NCBI GenBank assembly: GCA_000165425.1
Contig: CT868492.1
Span: 62,001-126,000, forward strand
Direction of reading: 5' to 3'
Length of the DNA: 64,000 nt
Source of the DNA: Paramecium tetraurelia
Lineage: Eukaryota
The notes under the pieces were generated by a model. That model did not search any database, had not been told where the DNA came from, and worked only from the letters and a program-made list of their open reading frames with translations. A program made the translations under genes and the position numbers. Shown in pieces: positions 11,605-25,525 of this stretch. Each line of letters begins with the position of its first letter. Position 1 is the stretch's first letter.

Positions 11605-13374
11605 ATGTCGAGTTTTCACAATAGTCACAACAGTGAGGTTAATTCCCCCAGAATCAAGCCCAAACTAACAGAAGAGCAGAAATTCCATCTCATCGATTAA
11701 TTCTTTGTTAAAAAACTCAAATTTCCAACACTCACCAATGCAATCATAGATGAAGCCATAAGTCAAGATTTTATGCCATTCGATGACAAGGATAAAATTT
11801 TAAGAGACCCCAACAAGCTATCAATTTTCTTTTTAAAATTAGATCCGCAATCTCCTCGCACAAAAGAAGCCCTGGATTCATTAGAATTAGCCGAGAGTGC
11901 ATGTTGCATATTTACATTTTAGTAGTTTCAAATACCTGAACTTCATCCCATTCAAAATCTAATTAATTATATGAACTACCTTACTGAAAAGTATAAGGAA
12001 TTGTTGCGAATTGTGAGTACTAGAAATTTGATTAAAAAGTAAGAGAAACTATAGAAGTCAAAAAACAATCTCAACAAATCACACACACGATAAAATACCT
12101 CAAGTATCAGTCTCCATTACATGTATCAGGCTTCCTCACTGATGGCGGTGCTCTTATCATACCCACAAAGTTGACCACTATAATGTCAAAATCATTCAAT
12201 ACACGTTCTCTCGATTTCTTATAGATTTCCTTTGAAGAGAAACTGGAAATGCAAGCAAAGAAAAGTTAAGAATACCTATAAACTCTTAGTAGATACAAAC
12301 AACTGGAAGAAGAAAAGCTTAAATCTTTATAAGATTATTATTAACAAAAAGTTCCTATTATGGCTAAAAAGGTAGAAACTGTTAAACAAATCAATAAAAT
12401 GTAATAAATCAATAAATTGGCTTAGTAAACAATAAGAACGAAAGAAAATCTTTTAAGATCGCCAGAGGAGAACTCTCGAAAAAATACATGAATTGGAAAT
12501 CAAAGACAGAGAATAAAGAGTCAAAATACAGGAGTGCTTGAATAAGAAACAAGAAATCACTCAACAAAATAAAATTTAATTTAATTCGTAATACAATCAA
12601 GAGTTGAGAGAACAGCAGGAGAGAAACTAAAGAAGGGATGAGGAGAGGAGAGAGAAGAAGAAATTGGCTAATTATATGGAAAATTAATAGATTGAATAGA
12701 TTATGGAGAAGTAAATGGAGAAGGAGTATGTGACTGAGTAATAACTATAAAAATTAAAAGATGAAATTAATCAAAAGAGACAATTGAGTCTTTAGAAATA
12801 AGAATATGCATAGTAAAAGGTAATGTAAACTCAGATTGAATATCAATAAAATAAACTTGAATAATACATTAAATATGCTGATTTGAGTAATAAGATGGTT
12901 GAAGAATAAATGTAAATCAAGAGTGAATAATTAGATCAGGTAAAAACTAAATTAGCTACTTAATTTAGAACGGTGAAGAAAAACAAAGAAAAATTGAATC
13001 ATATTTTGGAACAGAAAATAGAATCTATAAAAAAGAAGGAAAATGATAAAGGTATTATTATTTGAATTCATTTTAGACATTTCGGGTAGATTAATGTCAA
13101 TTTAATCAAGTATTGATATAAAAATCAAAGAATAAACAGAAAAAAATAGAATGAAATATTAAAGGGCCTTAAATAATACCAGAGCATTCGCAGAGGAAAG
13201 AGAAGTATATACTCTAATCATTAATAGAGAGAACAATAAAAGCTAATTGAAAAAATGGTTGAAAAAAGTCAAAAGTAAAGGCATCTCAAAAATCAAAAAG
13301 AACAATATAGCCAAGCAATATTAAAATAGCATTTACTTTAAAGATAAAGTGTTGATAAAATTGTATTTTAATGA
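11605..13374 (+). CDS. Hypothetical coiled-coil protein (556 aa)
   Basis: LDPQSPRTKEALDSLEL motif then long E/K/Q/R helix; introns 12104-12129, 12401-12425, ~13052-13076, ~13206-13228 give a continuous frame to TGA13372-13374. Confidence 0.75.
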
Positions 13375-13435
13375 ATTTTAATAAATTCGTTTGCTCTAAA
13401 TACATACATTGTTTCATTATTTAATTTAAATACAA

Positions 13436-14329
13436 TCATTTTTATTAAGTGAGTCTTTTTTTAATCTCATCAACTATCTGATCTGAGGTAGCAGACTTAT
13501 CTGCCAATAGTTAAATTAATTCATCAGCTGAGTATCTCATCTGAAACTTTACACACAGTAATTTTTAAATAATTGTTCTAACATATTCTGGTAATATGGT
13601 TAATTTTAATTCCTTCCAAAAAACATTCCATTCCTCTTTCTAAATGAGTTTCCACCAAGCATCTTCCGTTTATGGATTGTTTGATTCAAATGGAGGGTGT
13701 CCTGTCACCATAATAAAATAAACAACTCCCAACGAAAACATGTCACATTTTTTTAAATCGCTTGGGGTATTCCAAATTTCAGGAGCTGTATAACCTTCAC
13801 TCCCAGATACAGTAGTTTTTGGAATTGGAGCTTGTCCATTAATCTTAGCAAATCCAAAATCACATAATTTTACAATGAAATCCCCAGAAATTAGTAGATT
13901 ATCTAATTTAATGTCTCCGTGAGTTATTCCTTTTGCGTGAAGATACTACAAAGCTTAAGCAATTTAGAGTATTATTCCATTAGCAATAGCCAAAGGTAAA
14001 GGCCCTTAAAGTAAGATTTTATAAAGAGAGCCATTGGACATTAATTCAAGAAGCATACAAGAGCAGTCTGAACAATATCCAATCATGGTGATAATGTGTG
14101 GATGTTGAATGTGGCGAAGTATCTGGATCTCGTTCTCTTGAAAATATGATATTATAATTACGAATAAATTAATTGCATTTTACTCATTGGTTTATGCCAA
14201 GCATTTTAATGCAAATTGTTGTTTAGTTGATTTGTTCATAGTCAAAAACACTGTACTATCATGCCCTTTACCTATCAATTTGGAGAAATTCATTTAATAA
14301 TTTGCGGCAAATTGCTCAGGAGTAAACAT
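13436..14329 (-). CDS. Ser/Thr protein kinase (non-RD)
   Basis: IGKGHDSTV, FALK, NEIQIL, HGDIKLDNLL, DFGFAK, GSEGYTAPE, CDMFSLGV, GHPPF. Confidence 0.92.
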
Positions 14330-14368
14330 TAAATTATTAATCATTATTAATATTATCAATATATCAGA

Positions 14369-15400
14369 TCAAAAGCCTTTAGTAGCCATCATTCTTCCCA
14401 ATATAGCATTTAAATTTTCATCAAGTAGTTCATCCACTTTTAAACCAAGATGTCTCTTTGGATCCTTCTTACCTGTATTCTTGATTTTGGTTTCCTATTC
14501 TCCTTTTTTGGATTCATCCTCTACAATTTAAAAGAATCCATACCTATCAATTTCTAATAATCTAAAGCTAATTTGGACATATCTTCAACACACGATTCAT
14601 TTCTTTTACTATTTTCACTAGCAGAATTACATCTATTAATTTATAGGATTATAATTATATACTTTAATCCTTCAGTCCAACTATTTTTATATAAATTTTA
14701 TAGCATTTTCTATTCTAAATCATTGCACTTAAATTTGATGTTAATGGAATAATAGTATCTATTCAATCCTCTTAACAATGCTTCTAAACCTGGTTTTTAT
14801 AGATGCCCTGTATTTGAAGTAGTTTATCTTGGTTCTTATTAGCTGAGCATATTTTATTATGGAATCAATCTGAATGCATCAATTACTACTTTGCCTCTGA
14901 CTGATTGAATTGGGTCAATGACTACAGCAATTGATTTCTTATTTAACTATTCATAGGATTATTGAGTATTGATATCAACTTTTAAATAATGAGGAATGCA
15001 TAAGTACCACTTGAAAGCCAACATCCATATGATGGATGTGAGTGATACCATCCAATACAATTTTCCATTCTTCCTGTTAAGTTGAGAAGTTCAACCATCT
15101 TTTTATTGAAAAATTGGGCTCCACAGATTCCACGGAAACACTCACTTGCTGTTTAAGGCATCGAAAAAACATCATAAACTCTAATGTGATAATCGTCGAC
15201 AATGTCTCCTAATAAAAGACCCATGACTTCAAATGGAATTCCTGCCCTGGCATGCTGGAAGATTATTTTGTAATTACTTTAAGCATCTTGATTAAAGCAA
15301 GGGCACTGATAGTGACTTATTCAGCTGTATCAGGAATGGATGCTTCAGGATTGACTGCTTAACCTGCTCCAAATTATTGAATAAGGTTTTGAATGTCCAT
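14369..15400 (-). CDS. RPN11: 26S proteasome lid deubiquitinase Rpn11/PSMD14
   Basis: [38 protein letters not shown] motif [46 protein letters not shown]; four tiny introns. Confidence 0.96.
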
Positions 15401-15409
15401 GATTATTTG

Positions 15410-15977
15410 AATGAAATATAAAAAACTAATACCGATGTTGAGATTATTTATAAATTATAATTGATAAGAAAAAATTGCAAAATGATTGGAATCAGCTTTG
15501 TTTAGATGGGCGGATTTCAATAGAATCAATATAATTCTGATATGTAAATTTTGTAAGAGAATTCTGATAAAATATGTGCCATTTTAATGTTTGAAGTTAC
15601 ATCAAGACTCTCTTATAATGGCATAAAGAAGTTACTAGAAATTGCTAAAAAGTCCATATGGTAAAAGTATTTAATAAAGTATACTAATTAAATAAGCAAA
15701 TAGGTTAAAACTAGAGAATTACATTCAATCTAAAAATAAATATCCAACACTATAATGTCTCTTTTAAATCTAAATATGAGAAGCAATATCCATATTTATT
15801 AATTTTATTAGATTAATTAATAACTTATCGTAACCATTGTGAAGCCAGTCTTCCATTCCTTCAAATTTTCATTATTTTTATCCATGATATTACTATAGAT
15901 GCGATATAATTTGATAAAATATAAAAAGAAGATAACTTGATCTAGAGTATCAGCTAACGGATGATGAAGTTTAATGA
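15410..15977 (+). pseudogene. Decayed Ran-like small GTPase remnant
   Basis: Frame-broken fragments CAILMFEVTSRLSY (cf. Ran CAIIMFDVTSRVTY), KQVKTRE/ITFNLKINIQHYNVSFKSKYEKQYPYL (cf. [33 protein letters not shown]) and acidic tail LTDDEVQ-TGA; no P-loop or NKxD recognisable. Confidence 0.5.
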
Positions 15978-16407
15978 TAAATTAATAAAATATCTGATAG
16001 ACTGGTGATTATTTTTAAATCAAGTGAATTAGCAACTAGATTTTAAGATTAATCAGGTTTTAATTGTGTTTGTCCTATGTATCAAAAAAAGAGAAAATAG
16101 CTCCTTTGTAATCAGCAGTGTTAAATTAAGTTATATAATATTTAATAAAAACTATCTCTATAAGGGCAATATAAGGTTTTTTAAAATTTTTTGAGATACA
16201 GAGTTGCTTTGTTTCTGTTTCAAATTTATTATAAAAAATCTTCTTGAAATTTTCCAGAATTCTGAATTTTTGAAGTTTCTTTGATTACCTCAATTCTTTT
16301 AATTAGACTTATGTTGAATGTGTAGACCCTTGAGAGCATTGTCATCAACAGGGTATTCAGAATTAAGAGATAGATTTTCGTTTTACAAACATATATATAT
16401 ATTATTA

Positions 16408-17971
16408 ATGAAAGATGTTTAAGAATAATAATAGCGAATCCCTGACGCATACAGAGTTTTTGTATTAATTTCCATCACTAATTTACTTGTGAGTCTTGAC
16501 CATGGTATAATTCCTGCAGGTTTGTATTTACTATTTAAAATGTTAAGCAAGCGTCCAGGTTCAGAGTGCACTGAAATTATCAAATTAAGAATTGGGAGTA
16601 TTGGGATCATTAGTGTATGCAGGGACTGTAGTGATGGGTTTTATAGCTTCCTTCATATTTTTGAAATACAATCCTCTAAGAGTTATTGAAATCAGTATGA
16701 TTACTATGATTTTGAGTCTGTTTGTGTTTACTTTGCAATTTGATGTTGCATGGCCTTATTATCTAAGTCGATTCATAACTGGTGCAGCCTAAGCTCCTTT
16801 AATTGTATACTTCCCCGTTTGGGTGGACACATTTGGTTAAGATAACAAAACAGTCTGGCTGACAATCCTCCAAGGGGGAGTGCCTTTTGGCGTGTTTGTA
16901 GGCTATGTATTGGCAAGTGTGATAGCAGCTCAATGGAATGTAATATTATAGTGAAATTATGAAAAGTGGCGATGGGCATTTTATTTACAAATCGGTGTAC
17001 TTGTACCAAGTATTGCATTGCTGTCTCGACAACCTCACTAAAACATAGATGTGAGACCCTATGTTAAGGATAGCAGTAATACATATGAAAAGATGCCTTA
17101 TTTTGAATTGATCAAATTAACATTGAAATCTAGACCATATGTAGTAATGACAGTAGTTCTGGGGATGCTCTATTTTTCAGTAACGGGAATATAATTTTGG
17201 ATATCCAATTATCTAGTTACAGTCTTGTGCTTTAATTAAGGCTTGGTTAATACACTTTTTAGTTTGGATTCAATTACAGGTCCCACTCTTGGGTGTGTTT
17301 TAGGTAGATAAATCATTTAATGTTAATCATAGGAGGACTGATAACTCAACATTATGGAGGGTATGATTCTAAGAATGCTTATTACATTACTTGTATTGCA
17401 GCAATTTTTGGATCATTGGCTTCAATTTGTGTGACACTTACAACCAATTTGTGGGCCATCACAGGATTTATTTGGTTGTTGCTCTTCTTTGGAGGTGCTT
17501 TAGTACCAATCATGACCGGTATAACACATAAGTAACTTCTAGGAATAGTACTATCATCGGTAAATTAAGGAATGCGCTCGTTTGCTAATTCCAATACAAC
17601 TACTTATGTAAATCTCTTTGGGTATTTGCCTGCTCCAATTGTTTATGGATATTTATCAACGATTTCTCCGAATTTAGGATACTATTGTTTGATGTACTGT
17701 CCAAGCGTCGGTTGTTTAATGATCATATGGACTACATATCATGAAAGAAGAAAGGATTGTCTTGTGGGGGATAAATCGATGGATTCCATGGAAATGCATC
17801 CCCCTTCTGCTAGGAGTACTTCTGTGATGTAGATCATCTAGAATTTTCATAATCAATCCGACGGTAATGTATTATAAAATTACATAAGATTTCGTTAAGG
17901 AGGTCCTGGAGTTTCATTCAACACCAATCAATAATATCACTACAACACTTTACTACGAAAAGTAATTGTGA
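16408..17971 (+). CDS. Major facilitator superfamily transporter, spinster-like
   Basis: ITNLLVSLDHGIIPA; LGVLGSLVYAG; SRFITGAAQAPLIVYFPVWVDTFG; WRWAFYLQ; NLFGYLPAPIVYG; many hydrophobic helices; ~5 tiny introns. Confidence 0.9.
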
Positions 17972-18043
17972 TTTTTAATAAAGAATTCTGTTTATTGTTT
18001 ATAGTAAAAATATTATAATTTATAATTTACTTTTTATTTTTAC

Positions 18044-21000
18044 ATGTCTGAGAATACACTTTTCAATGAGTGTTTAGCCTGCAAGATGAAATTTGAGACA
18101 AGACAATAATTGGAGAACCATGTCAGGAAGGTAATTATTCAAGATTTAACAGAATAGTTTTGTGTGAGTTCAGATTATGGGTCTTAAAACAAATTAGAAG
18201 AGAAATACTAGAGAGAATTATTGAATTTAAAAAAGAGCAATGTTCCTGGCGCAAGAGAAATCATAGAGCCTGGTAGACCTCCACCAGGTTAATAACAAAA
18301 GAACTAACTATCTCTAGAAGCCTTAAAGGATTAGATGAAATAATAGGACGATGAATTCAAAAGATTAAATAGAATGGCTTAGAGAAGAAGAGAGGATGAA
18401 ATGGAAGATGAATTGAATAAACTCAAAAATGATAGACAACAGATCAAAATGAAAAGGGATGATGACAGATAGGCATTCGAAGAATTGTTACATGAGGTTG
18501 AATAGAAAAAGGAGAAGGAAATCAGGGCTAGAATTGAAAAAGATGAGATTCGAAGAGCCTTGATGGACTTGGAGAAAGCAAAATTAACAGCGATTGAATA
18601 AGAGAGGAAAAGAGAGTTGGAGAAACTCATTGCTGAAAGGGAGGCTCTCAGAATGAAAGAAAATGAACTCATTAAAGATATTGAATCGATGGAATAGAAT
18701 ACGAAAATGCTTGATTAGATGAGGTAAGAAGAAGTCTCTAAAATCAATAATGTAATTGAAGGAATGCAATTAAAACAAAAAAACAATACAAAACTAAATG
18801 AGGATCTCATTCATGAGAGATCAGACAATGTGGCCAAGTTAAAATTAAAGAGAGAATAATTAGAGGGAGAACGATTGAGAATCATGGACAATTTGGATAG
18901 ATTACGAAATGGTGATTTGAAGGCTGCCTAAAGAGGAGGTACTATGAATTTAGTTGCAAATGCTAAGAATATTTTGGGTGATATGAAATAAATGGAGAAT
19001 TTCAATGCCAAATTACATGATGGAAGATTTGCAGAACAATAACAAAGAATAAATCAATTGAAACAACAGAAACCTGAATTCATGTAATTTGATGGAGATG
19101 AGGCTTATGGATAAAGAGCAACTGTAGGATAGTAGGCTGTGGATATGTATAAAAGTAGGAATCCTTAGACTCACGGCGAACTGTAAGCTTTTAGATAAGG
19201 AATTGAATAACATGCAAATAGTATGATGGATTAGAGTATGTCACAGAGTGTGAATATGAGTTAAGTAAGGAGATAACCCTCCTCCTAAGTCAATAGAGCA
19301 CCAGCCACTAGATTATAGCCCTAATAAACTATATAGAGTTTTCCTGATGTTAACTAATAGCTTTAACAACAATAATAATAACAATAATAAATTGAGGTCT
19401 TAAAAAATGCTTGGGGTGTTCCCATTCCTTAATTTCAAAATAATCAGTTTCAAATGCTACCCTAATAAGCTTAATAACCATAATTTATAAATAATCCCAT
19501 GATGAATAATCCTATGATGCAATATAACGCATTTGCTTAGCCTCAAATGATGCCTGCTTACAACCCAGTGATGCAACAATAATAATAATAATAAGGGTCA
19601 ACTGCTTTTGGTCAATTTGCTTTGAATCAATTGGCTTTAAATCAGGAAGGCAAAAAGATGAAAGATCCATGGAGCATTTTCAATAGAAAGAATGAATTTT
19701 TTTTGATGAATGAAGTGCGAGGTGTTGATCTGACTGAAGAGGAGAGAGTGCTGATGAGTCTATAGGCTTAAGAAATTGATAGTCTTAGAGTAATTTCTAG
19801 AATTCCTGTAGGGACAGAGTTGTATAGGTTTAAGGTTGAGTAATATAAGGAATTATCTACGATGAGAGCGGAAATAGAGAAGATCGTTCAGGAGTAGCGT
19901 TTACAGGATGCAAGGAGAGAGTTTGAAATGGAAAGGAGAGAGGATGACAGACAATGGGAGAATGAGAAATGGGTAGATGATAATAAGAAGTTCATCATTG
20001 AGAATAGATTAAGGAAAGATAATACCTAGAAAAGATAGTAGATGCAGGCGTATAATCAAAGTGAGGGGTTCGTAGTTCATTGGGATTACACATTAGGATT
20101 ACCTAGAAGGAGCAATTACAGTTAGGTTGTATTCGGAGTTTACAATGGATAACAGGTGATTTGTTAGCCAAGATTGGTTGAACCAAGAGAGAGTGAAACA
20201 GAAAATTAAAATCATAACAGATGCATCTTTGGTGATTCTCACTAAGTTTTTGAGGTACCTGCACATCCAGATACTCTGATGATTATGGAAGTTCAAATTC
20301 CTTTTAGCAAAAGAGTTGAAGACAACGTAGGCAGAACTGAAACCTATGGATGGACTTAAGTGGATCTATTTGATCATAATAAATAATTGAAAAGAGGGAA
20401 ATTTAAATGCCCAGTCTATTATGGACCTACCTACAAGTCCAGAGATCACTGTAGAAGAGATCTAGAACTTAGAGCCTATCCCTAATTGTTGGGTCTATTT
20501 CAGAATAGGATATCCTAATGATAAAGACTATGGGGAAGTCAAAACAATCTATCCTGAATAAACCCAGCATGAATACATAGTGCCTTATATCCATCTGAGA
20601 GGATTGTTTGGAAAGAGAGAAAAGGTGAAAAATATGAAAGGAATGGAAGAAAGCTATGAAAGCAGATATGGGGGCAGAGGATATAAGATGATTGAGGAGA
20701 TTATAGAGGAGAGTTAATTGGTGGGAGGAGCAGGAGGTAAATCCAATATGGAGGAATACGAGATTACTGGGCAGCCACCTCCTATGCAGAAGTATGGAAT
20801 CAGGGAGGAAGAACCTCCTGTTTAAGATGATGGAAAGTAGAAAGGATTGAGACTGATCATTTATAGAGTTGATAACCATTAGGCTAGATCGCATTTGAGA
20901 GTGATGGCAGGATTATTTGAGGAGGGCAATTTAGTTTTGGATGCTAATGGATTGCCTGTTGCATTTAATACTTCTATTCATAATCCTTTGGATCAAAAGA

Positions 21001-23168
21001 ATAGACAAGTTTTAGCAAATGAATACATTATACCCTTACACAAACCTAATGTAGAATATGATGGAATGAATAATAAGGCATCAGGTCAGGATATCATTTT
21101 CTAGGAGGAGTATAGAGTATTTCGAAATTTATATGCTATGATTAAGAAGAACAAGAAGGACTTATATATTGGATTATAAGTAGTTGAAAAACCAGAGCCA
21201 GTTGAATTGCAGGAATCAATTTTGAATGAGACATAGAAGAACTATGCAGGGTTGGAATTCGATCTAAAAGGGTGGCAATTCCTAAAATTGACCTAGGATG
21301 ATGGGAGTCTGTTGACTGGAAGATTCAAGATGAAATTGTTTAAGCCTCCCTTAAGAAGACCACCCATAGATCCTACTAAGGTTTAGGAAATGGATGAAGT
21401 TATTGACTTTGCTTTGCATGAATTTGCGTATACAGAAAAGGATATTGAAGAATTTAAGAAGTAGATGAAGCATAAACACAAGAAACCCAAATTAGAGGAG
21501 ATTAAAGATATTCCATTAGATAATAGTCCATATATTCCTAATTTCTAACAATAATGGATAAATGAACAATTCGAAAGAAGACATGGAATAGACTTTTATA
21601 TTGATGGATTAAGGTTCTTACCTGATAAAGTAACAGCTTGTAAAATGTACATGGAAGTATACAATAGAAGATATGAAAAATTATTTGATGCTGAAACTGC
21701 AGCTCCTGATCTCAATAGTATGGCATATAATCCAACATTCTATTTCAGAAGAGAATTGAGAAAGGAAAAGTTTGATCCTACTGCTGTTGCTTTAATCACT
21801 GTTGTAACAGTAGATAAAAGTACTAATGATAACAGAATTGTTGGATATGCTGCTATTAATTTATTTTTAAATCCTGGTACTAAATCACAACCTGAAGATT
21901 AAAATGAAGATAATTATGTTGTCTATTCTGGAGCATATTAAATACCACTATTTAGTCAATAGTTGGACAGAACACCCCCATTTGATATGAAAAAGATGTA
22001 TATTATAAAATATCAATTAGTTACTCCCACGAACGATCTCCATGTTGTACAGTACTCGTCAGAATGTTCAAAGCACCTCTTAGTGAAGATGGCAAAAGAG
22101 CACTGTCTATCAAAGAGTTTCCTAGTTTAAAGGATCAAATTGCTAGGAACATAATGAGACCTCGTCCTTAATATGGTGCAGGAGCTTACAATACTGATTT
22201 AGCTCCTATCACTGAATCTGAAAATGAGTTATTTGCTTAAAGAACTATCAGACCTGATATAAGTGTTCGAGAAGCTGCTTATTTATTGATAAAGGGAGAA
22301 TAAATTAACAGATAATACAAGGATAATGAAATTATAAACTATTTGGACAACCGTATATCGTTAACTCATGATACTTTTATGATCGATATGATGTATTTCG
22401 CCAAATATAGACCACAGGCAGGATTCAAATTGACTGTGGATGGACTGCATAATGTTGTGAATCAATCACACATGTATGTGGTGTTTTATTCTTTGTCATA
22501 ACCAGGAACATTTTATCTAGAACCCAGAGACATTACTCAAGGACATATGTGTTCTAATTATGACTTCGATTCCAAAATCAATACTCCTGAATTTGATGAT
22601 GCTTGGTTTAAATTCAAAGAAAATGCCAACAGATATCAGAATATAATTTTGGACATTAAATCAGTTCCATTCTCTAAACCTGATGGAGCAATTTCTGATG
22701 TGGGTTGGACTATATTGCCAGTGTTCTCCCCGGATAATTATGTCATGTCCAACTGTTATCAATTACCAGTGTTCAGAGGATCAGTTCCAAGAGCTGTGAT
22801 TGAAGATATTAAAAAACAAGATGCTTGGGATTATCTTCGAGATCAAGTCACAAATAACAAAGTGTTTTATCTCAAAAATATGTCCATCATCGTTAGATTG
22901 GTGGATGCTTAGAGAGAAGTAATTATTAATTTAATTGTAGGGCCATTTTAATAAACGTATGGATTGCGATAGATTACAGTATAAGTATTTGCCACAAGGA
23001 GAACGAATCAAACAATGGTCTTACAATCCTGCAGTCGTTTTGGATTAGATGAGTATGAAGACTATCAAATCTTTGATACCGTTCAAAGACAATCCTGCTG
23101 CTTACAATAGAAAAGTCACAGAGTACTTTGCCAATTCATATGGTTTAACCCAATATCTTGGAAGTTGA
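18044..23168 (+). CDS. CCDC17-like protein: N-terminal C2HC zinc knuckle, long coiled coil, Q-rich linker, several C2-like domains; frameshift at ~20430
   Basis: CLACKMKFETRQQLENHVRK/FC; YNQSEGFVVHWDYTLGL; GWTQVDLFDHNKQLKRGKFKCPVY; GIDFYIDGLRFLPDKVT; GFKLTVDGLHN; introns 18131-18157, 21998-22020, 22919-22940. Confidence 0.72.
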
Positions 23169-23184
23169 TTATATATATAATTTT

Positions 23185-23621
23185 ATGTAACATATTCAAA
23201 AAAGCAATTAAGATGTGCTTGAATTTCATATTACCAATAATGCCCAATTTTATCAACAAAACATCATTTAAGAAAAAAGCACAAATTGTAAACTACCCCT
23301 ACCCAAACTGACCACATTAGAAGATATTAAATTGGTATCTTCCACTCAGGTCTCTGGAGACGGTCATAGCAATTCTGTTTTGATTATTTGTTCTGGGTGC
23401 TAAAACAAGGTATTCCCAATTTTAATAAGGTCTAAACTGTGCTTACTCACCATTCTGGAATATCAACTATATTCGTAGGATTCCTTCTTCTCCTCTGTTC
23501 TTTTGGATTTTTTTGTGTGGCTTGCATTCCTTGTTGTTTAGATGATTGCAAAGATATAAGACACAATTGCCCAAAATGTCAAAGAACTTTAGGGAAAACT
23601 TCATTTAAAATACTAAAATGA
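23185..23621 (+). CDS. LITAF-domain zinc-ribbon membrane-associated protein
   Basis: CSGCQNK/VQT...hydrophobic helix...CIPCCLDDCKDIRHNCPKCQRTLG; 20-nt intron 23410-23429. Confidence 0.9.
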
Positions 23622-23639
23622 CTAGATTTATATGTAATA

Positions 23640-24163
23640 TCATTTCCTTAAGTAAATTCTTTTAATTCTTTCAATTTCTTATTGTGTCATAAACGAATTC
23701 ATAATTTTCTCCCTTTCCCTCAAATAAGCAGCTGAGTCTGAAATCACTCCTCTTTAGACACCAGAAGGGGCAGTGTAACTTAGTTCCACTTTGATTGGAG
23801 AATCTTATTTTATTTCCTTTTTGTAAACGTCTCTGTCGTATTCGTATTGCTGCGTTTATAAATGCTTATTATTATAATTCGGTCGGTAATTATAGGAATT
23901 CTAGTACCGTTCTTCCACTAAGGATTAATTCAAATCCCTGGGTTACTGCTGGTAATAAGAATATTGTAATTCATTTCGCTTGTAATTCCTCTTGAATTCC
24001 TCATATCTTGCCAACTACTAATCCAATCGACTTTGGTCCTCTCTTTTATAAAACGCACTGGATGTTCTATTCTATTCAGGTATATAATCTCTATATAGAT
24101 GATAAACTGAATACGGGATTTGGACATTCCTAAATTTGAAAGACTTCGTTGAGGCTGATTCAT
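23640..24163 (-). CDS. Hypothetical protein (5' structure uncertain)
   Basis: Long open frame YIPEQNRTSSAFYKRED...IKRIYLRK-TGA(23642-23640); joining it to ATG24163 needs a 26-nt intron ending GAG. Confidence 0.55.
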
Positions 24164-24206
24164 TTCTGTTAATTATAAATAAGTAATCATCAAATAAAAA
24201 GTAAAT

Positions 24207-25373
<1,167 letters not shown>

Positions 25374-25525
25374 TAATTTATTATATTTATATTTAAGTAT
25401 CGTGTCTTGTTAAATTTAGACAATGTGTTCTTAATTCCCCAGAGGAGACTGTCGAAATAGAAATTCCAAGATATCGCGATAAAATAGTGATCGATAACTT
25501 ATTTCCCATTTTAATTATAATAAAA

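Noticed and set aside
12401..12425. Apparent +1 frameshift in the coiled-coil gene
   Set aside because: Fully explained by a canonical AT-rich 25-nt GTA..TAG intron
16000..16395. Possible minus-strand gene remnant
   Set aside because: Short broken frames with no recognisable motif
20426..20434. TA-CC-TA as a retained IES
   Set aside because: Far below the ~26-bp minimum Paramecium IES length and lacks the TAYAGYNR ends
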